From contig NC_042998.1 of assembly GCF_006345805.1 (NCBI RefSeq), forward strand, positions 95,418,001-95,482,000: a stretch of DNA of 64,000 nt, read 5' to 3'. The stretch comes from Octopus sinensis (Eukaryota). Positions 13,255 through 26,234 of this stretch are shown piece after piece. The translations under genes were made by a program, and so were the position numbers. The notes beneath the pieces are model-generated. The model was not told where the DNA came from, searched no databases, and worked only from the letters and a program-made list of their open reading frames with translations. How positions within the stretch are numbered: position 1 is the first letter of the stretch; every line of letters starts with the position of its first letter.

Positions 13255-14015
13255 AGTGGTTCAGTCCCACTGCATGGCACCTTGGGCAAGTGTCTTCTAC
13301 TATAGCCTCAGGCCGACCAAAGCCTTGTGAGTGGATTTGGTAGACAGAAACTGGGAGAAGTAAAAGAATGTGTGTGTGTGTATATGTTTGTGAGTCTGTG
13401 TTTGTTCCCCCAACATTGCTTTACGACCGATGCTGGTGTGTTTACGTCCCTGTAACTTAGCGGTTCGGCAAAAGAGACCAATAGAATAAGTACTAGGCTT
13501 ACAAAGAATAAGTCTTGGGGTCGATTTGCTTGACTAAAGGCGGTGCTCCAGCATGGCCGCAGTCAAATGACTGAAACAAGTAAAAGAATAAAAGAGTAAA
13601 GAGTTATACTTTGTTAAAAAACCAGGTGTGGCTGTGTAGTTAAATAATTTGTTTCGTAACCATGTGGTTTTGAGGGTTCATCTTACAGTGAGGCACCTTG
13701 GGCAAATGTCTGTTACTACAGCTCATGGTTACTACTGCCTTGTGAATAAAATTGTTGGATGGAAACTGTGTGGAAGCTCATCATATATATGTATATGTAT
13801 GTGTGTGCGCACGTGTGTGTGTTTGTGCTGATCCCATCTTCACAACTTGATAACCAGTGTTGGTTTGTTTACATACTGGTAACTTAGCAATGTGGCAACA
13901 GAAACTGATGGAATAACTACCTGAATTTAAAAATGAGTACTGGTGTCAATTTGTTTGACTAAACACTTCAAGGTGGTGCTCCAGCATAGCCATGGTTCAA
14001 TGACTGAAACAAGGC
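13255..14015 (+). mobile_element. Two tandem SINE family A copies (young 13255-13605, older 13620-14015)
   Basis: Repeated head and tail motifs; the first copy has a truncated head. Confidence 0.8.
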
Positions 14016-14124
14016 CAAAGGTAATTCAAAATGTGTGACCCTGTGCCTATGTTACAAATCAAAGACTGATTATGATTAAGTTAGGCCGCAAAGAAAAAGC
14101 AGTGCCCATAGACTTTGGGTACTC

Positions 14125-14525
14125 CCTTTACTCTCTTACTCTTTTACTTGTTTCAGTCATTTGACTGTGGCCATGCTGGAGCACCGCCTTTAGTTGAGCA
14201 AATCGACCCCAGGACTTATTCTTTGTAAGCCTAGTACTTATTCTATCGGTCTCTTTTGCCGAACCACTAAGTTACAGGGACATAAACATACCAGTATTGG
14301 TTGTCAAGCGATGTTGGGGCGGACAAAGATAGACACACACACATACATACATTTATACATATATAAGATGGACTTCTTTCAGTTTCCATTTACCAAGTCC
14401 ACTCACAAGGCTTTGGTTGACCCAAGGCTATAGTAGAAGACACTTGCCCAAGGTGCCATGCAGTGGGACTGAACCCAGATCCATGTGGTTGGTAAACAAG
14501 CTACTTACCACACAGCTATTCCTGT
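14125..14525 (-). mobile_element. SINE family A, full length
   Basis: Reverse complement match to 51318-51752. Confidence 0.9.
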
Positions 14526-14947
14526 ACCAAAATCAATGAATTTTGGTGCCATTTTCATATTGTTTAAACTAAATGATGTCAGGAATGACTTGTGTGGGGA
14601 GAGAATCCTAGAAGGCTGATGTTCATGCAAGGAAAGCAAGACACAATGATTAGAACAGACACTGGTGAAAGTTGCAGGAATAGTGCACAACATTTATGAC
14701 AGGGGAGGAGACATAAGTAATTCAAGAATAATATGGAAGTAGATGGCATGAAACGAGCCTAATCCAAGGAATACCAGACATAGTAGGAATAGTGGACATT
14801 GTAGAAATAAAAAGACATTGTTGAAATAAAGGACATTGTAGGAATAGAGGGTATTGCAATAGGAAACAATGAAAGAAGAAAGAAGGTCAGTAGACTTGTG
14901 AGTGGAGTGTGTTTGAGACTGGTTTTATGCCAGTCAGTCTTCTAATT

Positions 14948-15190
14948 ACAGCTATGGGCGGCGGCTGACAGAATCATTAGCACGCTGGGCGAAATGCTTA
15001 GCAGTATTTCGTCTGCCGTTATGTTCCCAGTTCAAATTCCACCGAGGTCAACTTTGCCTTTTATCCTTTCGGGGTTGATTAAATAAGTACCAGTTACGCA
15101 CTGGGGTCGATGTAATCAACTTAATTCCTCTGTTCGCCCTTGTTTGTCCCCTCTATGTTTAGCCCCTTGTGGGCAATAAAGAAATAAAAA
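14948..15190 (+). mobile_element. SINE family B, full length
   Basis: GGCGGCGGCTGACAGAATCATTAGCACGCTGGGCGAAATGCTTAGC...GTTCAAATTCCACCGAGG...GGCAATAAAGAAAT. Confidence 0.85.
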
Positions 15191-16237
15191 AAATCTTTCT
15201 TTAGCTACAGTCAAGAACTTTTGTGCATTCAGCAGCAATAATGTTCCAATGTGGGTACCACCTGAGTTTTGCAAAACATCAAGGATTAAAGGTATTTTCT
15301 AGCTTAGAAGAGAAGGGTAAGTTTTTAAGATCTAAGTATGCTGAAGTATTTATTGTAAAAATCACAGATTTTATATAATATAAAAAAAAAACGTAAATTG
15401 AAACAAATGCCACTAATTTGTCATAAACAAATGTCATAAAATTGTTCCATCAGCTTATATTTTGACCTATAATGTTATGAATCTGTGAAGTTACTTGATG
15501 TGCAAGAAGGATTACACTGGTAGAACAAACACATGTAATTTAGGAGTTGAGTTAGTGGGTTAACATTAATGAAATCTGAAACCTGTTAAACACCCACAAT
15601 CAGGTGGTCGCAGATTAAATGTCTCTTGTGTTTAAAACACATACAAATTCGAGAGAGAAGGGGATGTGTGGGAGAATGGGTGATGAGAAAGGATGGGGAG
15701 AAAAAGATGTGAGAAGTGGGAAGATAACAGCTATTTTCTTCAGTGGAATTTTTCTAATATCAAAGTGTATGTTTTGATACTGTGATACCTATCCTTGTTA
15801 AGCAACTCTATCCTCCAATTTGGCTTCATAGTCATGATGATGATGATCATCATCATCATCATTGCTATCATCATCATCATAATCATCATCATCATAATCA
15901 TCGTCATCTTCATTATCATCATGGTAGGGTTGATAGACAATATTTTCTTTTTTAATTACAGGAATCGATATCACAGTGCCAAAACAAATTTTTATCTTTT
16001 CGAAAATTCTACTAAAACTTAGGAAACTGTTATCCTTCCTTCCATGTCCCTCTCTTTCTCTCTTTCTACCCCGTCCTTTCTCACCCTCTCTTCCTCTCCC
16101 TTTCTCTGATTTGTACTTTTTTAGCGATAAGGGACATTTAATCTATAACCACCTGTTTGTTAGGTGTTCAGCAAGTTGCAGATTTCATTGTCATCATTAT
16201 CATCATGATGGTTATTATCATCATTTTCCATCATCAT

Positions 16238-16456
16238 TACTCTTTTACTTGTTTCAGCCATTTGACTGCGGCAATGCTGGAGCACCGCCTTTAATCAAGC
16301 AACTCAACCCCAGGACTTATTCTTTTGTAAGCCTAGTACTTATTCTATCGGTCTCTTTTTGCCGAACCGCTAAGTCACGGGGACATAAACACACCAGCAT
16401 CGGTTGTCAAGCAATGCTACGGGGACAAACACAGACACACAAATATATACACACAC

Positions 16457-16493
<37 letters not shown>

Positions 16494-16642
16494 TATATAC
16501 GACAGGCTTCTTTCAGTTTCTGTCTACCAAATCCACTCACAAGGCTTTGGTCGGCCCGACGCTATAGTAGAAGACACTTGCCCAGGGACTGAACCCGGAA
16601 CCATGTAGTTGGTAAACAAGCTACTTACCACACAGCCACTCT
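16238..16642 (-). mobile_element. SINE family A, full length
   Basis: Head and tail present, internal (TA)n. Confidence 0.9.
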
Positions 16643-17449
16643 CATTATTCACTTTTAGTTTACATACTGGCATGGTTTGGACTTGGAGCCAGAAGCTGCC
16701 AACACATGTCAGAGAACCATGATCTCACTCATAAGATTCATTTTCAACCTGGTTTTCTATATCTGGATGCCCTTTCCTATCACCAACCATTTAACAGAAT
16801 GTCCTGAGTGTATTTCATCATGACACCAGTGCTAGAGAAGTTATTTCCTTGTCAAGACAAAGGGGTTTGTATGACCCCATATCTCTGTTCCTTCAGCAAC
16901 CACTTTATAGATAGTCCTAGGTGATTTTCATTTATTCATCAACTTGTTTCAGTCATTTGACTGTGACCATGCTGAAGCACAGCGTTTAGTTGAACTAATC
17001 AACCCCAGGACTTATTCTTTCTAAGCCTGGTACTTATTATATCGGTCTTTTTTGCCGAAGTGCTAAGTTACAGGGATATAAACACACCAGCATTGGTTGT
17101 CAAGCGATGTGGGGGGAACAAGCACAGGCACACACACATATATAAACATTCATAGTTACATATATATATATATATATATGCAAGAAGAAAATGGAGGAAA
17201 AATAACAGGAAGAAGTTAGTCATTTGCGCTAGTAAGCCACTAATTTAATTAATTAATAAAGAAAAGTGGTAGTAATAGTACATTTATGAACGTTTCTGTT
17301 TACCAGTTGTTATGGTAGACATCATGAGAATGTGTAGTCATATGTAGAGGTTAGAAGAGCAAAAGGCAAGGATAAATTGGTAACAAGAATAAAGACAAGT
17401 TTTAAATACCTCTAGCTTATACTTGCACACATACACACACACATATATA

Positions 17450-17870
17450 TTATATAAAATCCGTTCTGTCTGTGTGTGTGTCTTCTAGGATCTCGGGCAT
17501 CCTCCATCCGATTGCGCTCAAATTTGATATTTAGATACCGACGGTATCAGTGCGTGTATAAGTCTTGAAAAACTTACAAAAATCGATTCCAGGTGAGAAT
17601 GCGATCGATAAAGCTGCGGGAAGGTGCAAGTACATCAGCTGTTGTGATCGATACTACGCATACGTGAGAAAAATGCACGTGCAGTTTGCGCAAAAAAGCC
17701 AGCTGGCTTGAAATAATGCTGCAAAATGCAGTATATTTAAGAGACCCAAAAAGTAAGATGCAAAAGAGATATTTTCTTCAAATGAAGGAAGGAAAGACTA
17801 TTTGGTTTCTCAAGAAGTTTTTTTTTTTCCTTAACTTCGTTTAACAAAACTAAAAAATTTATTGAAATAA
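17450..17870 (+). mobile_element. Helitron-like non-autonomous element, 5' part only
   Basis: Starts TATATTATATAAAATCCGTTCTGTCTGTGTGTG, similar in style to the 5' end of 43683; CpG-rich relative to flanks; no 3' CTAG or hairpin found. Confidence 0.35.
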
Positions 17871-18469
17871 AGGCATGCTTAATTATTTTTTTAATGAAAA
17901 GAAAACACTGATTGCTTTTTATTCAACAGATATGATTCAGCACCGTCCATTGGACGGGGGACATTTTGCTCATATATATATATATAACAAGCTTCTTTCA
18001 GTTTCCATCTACCAAATCCACTTGCAAGGCTTTGGTCGACCCGAGGGCATAGTAGAAGATACTTGTGCAAGGTTTCATAGCGTGAAACTGAACCTGGAAC
18101 CATGTGGTTGTGAAGCAAGCTTCTTACCACTCAGCCACACTGTGCCTAGATATCATTATATTGGCACCGACACTTGTGAGGTTGCTTTGTACCCTGTTAA
18201 GTTATAGTCTTCAGCACTGTGGGGTCATTCATGCATGGTCATATGGCTGAAGAGTGATATCAGAAAAAGGCCCAGGATCGGTGAATGAAGAGAGTAAGAG
18301 TGGGATTTAGAGTAAAAGGGTAGTGAAAGGATTGAAAGTGTGATGGGTATTAATAAGGGTGGATGAATGCTAAAGTGAACGATGAATGCTGATAACATGT
18401 GGCCTGGGGTGCTTAGGAGTGATGACTAGAAGTAGAGATAGTAAATGGGGCATATGTACTTGTAGATAT

Positions 18470-18720
18470 GTGGTTATATGTTATGATCGAGAAGGTGAAT
18501 CACAATGACCTTTTTGTGTGCACAGTTTGTGACAGACCATGCTTTTCTTTTGCTGGGCTCAAATCTCATTTGTGAACCCATGGAAAACGAACCTCCATCA
18601 ACTATTCTGCCTACATGTCTGTGCACACCTTTTAATGCAATGTATGCTAGAGGGTCTACAAATCTAACAGAGACCTCAAAAGACATTTTAAGATCCACAA
18701 AGATCATAACTTAACTGCAG
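18470..18720 (-). pseudogene. Degraded non-LTR reverse transcriptase fragment (RTE-like)
   Basis: IFVDLKMSFEV resembles FVDL.KAFD.V, followed by ...ALKGV; heavily diverged. Confidence 0.45.
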
Positions 18721-19139
18721 CTCTTGGTGATCCAAAACATTGTGGTTTAAAAAGCCACATCAGATGCCATGATTGTTCAAAGGTGTAAGTACAGGAAACG
18801 GTCAAACTCTGCGTAAGGGGTAGTAAACCACCACCATATATATATATATATATATACCATGGGGTGAGTGAAATAGGTTGATAAGGATGAGAGAGATTCA
18901 GTGTTGGAATAATGAGATGTTTGGTTTTGAGGTGAGGAAGAGAAGAACACTAAAATGGTAGTTATCACTGGAATGTTTTCAGTTACAAGCATTACTTTTT
19001 ATCAGTCGTGGTTGGTTTAGGACTAAACAACAACTAGTTGTTTAAAGTACTAATGTTTGAGCACTAATTATATAATTCGTGATTCTTATCATTTCTGACA
19101 ATAGACATACATGTATACATACTAACATACATTCTCAAC

Positions 19140-19385
19140 TAAATCATCATCAACATCATCATCATCATCATCGTCATCATCACCATCATCATTATCACCA
19201 CCACCACCATCATCATCATCACTACCACCACCACTACCACCACCATCATCATCATCATCATCACAACCATCATCATCATCATCATCATCACTTCCACCAC
19301 TACTGATCCATATCATCATTAAAATTCCTTGTCCTCATCCTCCTCCTCTTCATGATTATCATTATCATCACCACCATCACCATAG
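19140..19385. repeat. (CAT/CAC)n microsatellite
   Basis: Read directly; source of the poly-His and poly-Asp ORFs. Confidence 0.9.
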
Positions 19386-19659
19386 TGTTAGCGTCTCATA
19401 GCTTGACTCACCCATACTACCCTTAAAGATGAGGTTTGTACCTCATCCAAGTTATTGCTGTTTAACCATATTTAACCTATTGTTACTGTTTAACCACAGG
19501 TCAGCCTTGATTAAGCAGATCTATGATCTGTGGCATTTTAGTTGTGAATATCTCATCTTTCATTCAAATACAACATATCCAAGATCCCATTATCTTAAGA
19601 TGGTAGGGGTTTGATTTGAAAAAGATTTGGCTTATTATTACTGATCTATTGAGTAATCT

Positions 19660-19860
19660 ACTATAAGTGCAAGGGCTGGAATTTTGGGGGAGGGCCTAAG
19701 TCAATTACATTGACCCCGGTGCATAACTGGCACTTATTTCATTGACCCTGAAAGGATGAAAGAGAAAGTTGATCTTGGCAGAATTTGAACTCAGAACATA
19801 GCAACAGGTGAAGCACCACTAAGCGTTTCACCTGATGTGCTAACGATTCTGCCAGCGCAC
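19660..19860 (-). mobile_element. SINE family B
   Basis: Reverse complement of the family B body (GAATTTGAACTCAGAAC; CTAACGATTCTGCCAGC). Confidence 0.75.
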
Positions 19861-22597
19861 CCACTTTGAATTAGCGATTTTCTTATTAGCTTGTCATATT
19901 CCCAAGTTCTTTCCTGTTAGCAGCACTGTGTCTGGATTTGAACTCAAATCTACGTAATATCTGTCCTGCCCAAAACATGGAGAATAAGCAGTGGTTCCTA
20001 ACCACTTTTTACCTATGGATCCTTTTGACTGCTGTTTTATAGCCATTTGATGCTTTAAACAAAAACCTATCATATTTTTGTAGTTAAATATGGTGAGCCC
20101 ACATTATTAACAGGTGCAAATTCTGCCGAGGTCAACTTTGCTTTTCATCCTTTCGGGGTTGATAAATTAAGTACCAGTAAAACACTGGGGTCAATGTAAT
20201 CAATTATCCTCCTCCCTCAAATTTCAGGCCTTGTGCCTATATTAGAAAGTAATGTTAATAGGTGCAGCTGTGGCTTTGTGGTAAGAAGTTTGCATTTCTG
20301 GGTTTGTTCCCATTGTGTGACACCTTGAGCAAGTATTTTCTACAATAGTCTTGGGCTGACCAAAGCCTTGTGAGTGGATTCGGTGGATGAAAACTGAAAG
20401 AAGCCCATTGCCTATATGTGTATGCGTGTGTGTGTATGTGAGTGTGTGTGCATGCATGTGCACTGGCATGCATTTATCCTCCACCAATACTTGACAACCA
20501 GTGTTGGTGTGTTTACATCCCTGAAATCTAGTGGTTTGGCAAAAGAGACTGATAGAATAAGTACTAGACTTTATATTTAAAAAAAATACTACAATTGTTA
20601 AGTTCAGCTATAATGCGTTCTATCATTGCTATCTGGTAGCCCCCACCACTCTCTGATTCTATATATACCCAGGTTTTCACCACTCACTCACCTCTGCACC
20701 CTTTAATCACGCTTCCTTCACAATATCCTGCCCCTTATATTATGGTATTCAAACTTCAATGATCAGAATATAATTGAGATGGGTGAGTAAAGGAAGAGAG
20801 AGAGATATAGATGGTGGCAAGTGCCAGCGTGGTTGCTCTTAAATGACTGAAGCAAGTAAGATAAACAATAAAAGACAATGAGGAATTCTATAAAAATTGT
20901 TAAAATATTTTGCATATTGGAGAAGTATAACCAATTTATTACCTGTAAATTTTTAACAGCAAAATCTTCATATGAAGATGACTGGTTATTATTATCAGTG
21001 CTTCCCAAACAGGATCTTTCAACCCTTGGTACATTTGCATATGAAGTTGGCTGCTTGGAAGAAACCTTTAGGTTACCAGCACTAAGCACTATAATACCCA
21101 CTTCCTCTAGCTCTCCTCCTCCCACTCTCTTTCTATCACTCTTTCTCCACTCACACACACACACAAATCTTAGTTTATACATTTATGTATGAATCTATGC
21201 TTGTATACAACTTGTATGATTATTTACTGACTCTGTACATTCATCATCATCATCATCATTTAACATCCGCCTTCCATGCTAGCATGGGTGGGATGGTTTC
21301 ACAAGAGCTGGCCAGGTAGACGCCTGTGCCAGACTTCTGTGACTGTTTTAGCAGGATTTTTACAGATGGACACCCTTCCTAACAACAACCACTCAGCAGA
21401 GTGGACTTCGTGCCTTTTGTGTGGCACAAGCACAGGTGAGGTCAGTTTTGGCAAGGTTTTTACATCTGAATGCCCTTCCATATGCCTACCACTTTGCAGG
21501 TGGCACTTGCATTGACAGGGTAACCAAGTATTTGCAAGATGAAAAACAAATCTTTCAAGAGGGTAGGATGTGATCTTGTATTGGATGATGAAAGTTATAG
21601 TGAGAAAGAGACAGAAACAGGTGCCTTGGTGTAGAGGAAGTACAAGGTTACCCGTCCGGGGGTAGGATGGGAAGATCAGGAATGAAGACAGAAACAGGTG
21701 TGCTGCTGCAAAGGAAATACATGGTTAGCCAACCTGAGGGAAGTGTAGGAGAAGGAGAGACAGATTGGGAGACAGCAGGATAGAGATGGTGGCAAAATGC
21801 TAGACATACTCACAAAGGATGGGGATCAGAATATAAATGGGATGGCTGAGTAAAGGAAGAGAGAGATATAGATGAGTGCAAGTGCCAGGACATACCCTTG
21901 AGGTGTGAACATATAAGGAGCAGGATATTGCGAAGGAAGTGTGATTAAAGAGTGAGAGTAAGTGGTGAAAAACCTGGGTATATATAGAGTTGGTGGGCTA
22001 CTGGATAGCAATGATACAGAGGAACAGGGCTGTGAGGACAGGATTGGAGAGTGAGATGTAGGCATAGTATATGGAGGAGGAAATGTGACGAAGAAAAGAG
22101 ATGTGGATATGTAGATTGGTTTTGTTAGGGTAGGGTGAGTGAAAAGTTTTCTTGTAAGGTGTGGATAGAACACACAGGTCAATAGCTAGTGGAAAGCAAT
22201 GATTCAGTGACATAGGGCCAAGAAGACAGGTTTTGGGAGTGGGAGGTAAGCATAGTGCATGAAGCTGAAATGTGAGGAAGAGATGTAGTTTGGTTTGTTG
22301 TGGTAGAGTGTGTGAGAATTTTACTTGTTAAGTGTGGGCGGAATACATAGTGTTTCTAGAACTCAGTTTTGCTGATGTGGGCGGGTCTTTTCTAGAACTT
22401 CATATCCCTAGACATCTCAGTCCATTGTCATTTTCTCCATGAGGTCCAACCTCTTCATCTCACCTCTTTGTGGGTCTCCCCTCTTCCATGGGTACCATCC
22501 ACTTTCAGTGATCAGCACTTTTTATGTGATAATAAGCATGTGTCTATACATGTGCATTTATCTGTCTCTATGTGAACATGTGCTTACACTTATGACT

Positions 22598-22631
<34 letters not shown>

Positions 22632-23102
22632 GACAGAGAGAGAGAGAGACAGAAAAAGGGAACAAAAGAGAGATGGAGGGGAGACAATGAGTTTTTGTTA
22701 CTCTGTAGATTTATGTAGCTATTAAGCAGCATATGTTAGCAACCTCTATTTATATAGAATGAAATTTACTTAAATTATAAAAGGACTTAGTATTATTAGG
22801 TTGCTAAGTTTATCTGAAGTTTGACACCCAAAGGTGAAATACCTTTTTATATCTCAATACAAAAATAGAATAAAGCTTAAATAAGCAAAGTGGGAATTAA
22901 TCTATTAAGGGTTGAAAGTTTGGGAGGGGATGTGTAGTAGAAGTTTGCTTCCCAGGTTCATTCCCACTGTGTGGCCCCTTGGACATATGTCTTCTCCTAA
23001 AGCATCAGACTAACCAAAGCCTTGTGCATAGATTTAGTAGATGGAAACTGAAAGAAACCTGTCATGCACATAAATATATACATACATACATACATACATA
23101 CA

Positions 23103-23138
<36 letters not shown>

Positions 23139-23389
23139 TATATATGTATGTATATATATATATATATATATAGCAATTGAAAGACAGAAGATGGAATATA
23201 CAAGAATTTATTATTAATCACGACATTATTAATCACAGACATGGGCTGGACAGTTTGACTGAGGACCGGCAAGCCGGGAGGCTGCGCTGGGCTCCAATCT
23301 GATCTAGCAAGGTTTCTACAGCTGGATGCTCTTCCTAATACCAACCACTCCAAGCATGCAGTGGGTGCTTTTTATGTGCCACCAGCATC

Positions 23390-23900
23390 AGTGGTGCTTC
23401 TCCCTGGCACAAACCCAAACTGCATCTCTTCTAAACTAACTATGACCCCCGCTGTGACTTTCATCAATTTATCCAACAATTTGATGCCTCTGTAATTATT
23501 CCTATCTAATGAGTCACCTTTACCTTTGCAGCAGTTGACTACGGTGCTGGTACACCAGTCATTGGGTATGACTCCTTCATGTATCACTTGGTTGACTATA
23601 TGGGTGACTAGACTTATAGCCGACACCACCAGATATTTTAAGTATCTCTGCGGTGATTCCTGATGGGCCATGGGCTTTCCCTGTCTTCATACCCTTAATT
23701 GCTTTATCTACCAAGGTACTGTCAATTCAGATAGCTGGTCCCTCTGTTGGGTCAACATTTGACAGACTCTCTTTGTTCCATTCATTCTCTTCATTTATCA
23801 ACCTTTCATAGTGGCCTCTCCAAGTCTCTGTCTTTGCAGCATCATTAAACGCAAGTGAGCCATCATCCATGTGTGCTCATTTCTTTCCTATGACATCACG
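23390..23900 (-). pseudogene. RTE-clade LINE reverse transcriptase fragment
   Basis: IPNDWCTSTVVNCCKGKGDSLDRNNYRGIKLL...MQFGFVPGRSTTDA; fused to a family C element at 23235-23390. Confidence 0.85.
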
Positions 23901-24652
23901 ATTTTCTCTCACACACTGTCTTGCTATATGAAATACTTCAAGTTTCTGGTCTTCATGATGCAGAACATTGGCAAATTTTTTTTCTTATCTGCTTCCCTTC
24001 TGGCAAAGTAAACCTGTCTCCTAGCTTCCCTTCTGGCAATCTGATACAGTTCCCTGCTACCACTACACTTCCAGTCCTTCCATGCCAGTTTCTTTTCTCT
24101 AACAGCCCTGTCAACTGCATCATATATTTATATATATATATACATATATATATCTATGTGTGTTTGTTCTCTCCACCATTTGATCATTTGTGTTGGTGCG
24201 TTTATATCTCCGTAACAAAGTGGTTCGGCAAAAGAGACTAATACAATAAGTACCAAGCTTTACAAGAAAATAATAAGTATTGATGTTGATTTGCTTAACT
24301 AAAATTTTTGAAGGTGATGCCCCAGCATGGTCACAGTCTAATGATGGAAACAAGTAAAAGATAAAAGATTATACTGCAGCAGGCATGGCAGCGTGGTTAA
24401 GTAGTTAGCTTTGCAACCATGTGATTTCACATTCAATCGTGCAACATGGAACAATGAGCAAGTGTTGTTTCTACTATGGTCTTGTAAGAGGAATTTGGTA
24501 GACAGAAACTGTGTAGAAGCTCATAGTACCTACCTACCTACCTACATACTTACCTACCTACATACCTACCTACATACATACATATATACACACACACACA
24601 CACACACATACATACATACATACATACATACATACATACATACATACATACA

Positions 24653-24683
<31 letters not shown>

Positions 24684-24689
24684 TGGTGG

Positions 24690-25045
24690 AACTTAAAAAA
24701 AATATATAGCCACCAAGTTAAAACACAACCAGCCAGATATTGTGTGAGACCACAAAGGAAAGGTATGCACTGTTGTGGAAATCAACTGCCCTCTGGACAT
24801 GAATGTGGTTAGAAAAATTCAAGAGAAAGGGGACATCTATGGACCACTGAAGAGGAGTTTGCAAATCCAGTACCCATAATACATTTGCAGCGGAGTAATA
24901 GGATATAGATCAGCCTGTCTGAAGCAAATTATAGCTGAACTTGGGATCTTGGGAACAGAACACAAATCCTTAAATTCAAATGCTACAAATGATTGCAATA
25001 ACTGGGACTATAAAAATCTGCAAAACCTTCTTAAGATTTAAGGCA
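24690..25045 (+). mobile_element. RLE-type LINE 3' fragment (same family as 506-880)
   Basis: CCAGATATTGTGTG...TGCACTGTTGTGGAAATCAACTGCC...ACTATAAAAATCTGCAAAACCTTCTTAAGATTTAA. Confidence 0.65.
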
Positions 25046-25214
25046 TAATAATTTAATTATAATAGATTATTAAGTCTCTTTGCAGTCAGGACGTCTTATT
25101 AGTAATTTGCTTTAATTATGGGTGTATGTGTGTGTGTGTGTGTGTATTTGTATGTATACTTTTTTAATCGAATTTAATTCTATTTCAGTTTTTATTGCTA
25201 ATAAACAATTTATT

Positions 25215-25700
25215 TCATCATCATCATCATCATCGTTTAACGACCGTTTTCCATGGTGGTATGGGTTGGACAGATTTGACTGAGGTCTGGAGAGCCAGCA
25301 GCTGCACCAGGCCCCAATCTGATCTGGCAATGTTTCTACAGCTGGATGCCTTTCCTAACACCAACCACTCCAAGAGCATTATAGGTACTTTTTACATGTC
25401 ACCAGCACAGGAGCCAGTCAGGCAGGTCTGGCATTGATCACATTCAGATAGTGCTTTTTACATGCCACAGACTGGGAGCCAGTCAGGGGGTACTGGCATT
25501 AGCCACGTTCAGATGGTACTTTTTACTTGCCACTGGCACAGGAGCCAATCAGGGGGCACTGGCCACAGCTATGATATTGGTCTTACTTAACTCAATAGGT
25601 CTTCTCAAGCATATCATATCACCCCTGATGCATCAGGGGTACTCTTAAATGGGCTTGACATACATGGCTGCGATCTCACTTTAGTTGTTGGGTTTTTTTC
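25215..25700 (-). mobile_element. Family C retroposon with internal tandem subrepeats
   Basis: Same start as 6858; repeated GTGCTTTTTAC.TGCCAC units. Confidence 0.75.
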
Positions 25701-26186
25701 AATCACAGAATATCTCCAAAGGTCTCAGTCACCTGTCATTGCCTCTGTGTCATTGCCTATGCATGTCCTCCGCAGTCACAGCCCACTTTTCACTGCTGTG
25801 AAGCATGGCAGTTCACACACATGCATTATACAATCTATTTTTCACTCTGAGTGAGAGACCCTTTGTTGCCAGTAGGGGAAGAAACTTTCTAAACTTTACC
25901 CAGGCTATTCTTATTCTAGTGGTAACACTCTCTGAGCATTCACCCCGACTACTAACTTGGTCACCTAGGTAGCGGAAACAATCAACTACTATTAGTTTCT
26001 CCCCCTAGAGTGTAATGGAATCTGTTTTCCCCCTGAAGAGTTTCTCCCCATATATATATATATATATATATACATATATAAATAGATAAGTGGTACAACA
26101 AGGCACCAATTGCTATTTTCTAATACATCTGTTTGTTTTGTACACCACCTGTCTTCGTCTTTTGTTGTTTTTTTCGTAAACTCTCC

Positions 26187-26229
<43 letters not shown>

Positions 26230-26234
<5 letters not shown>

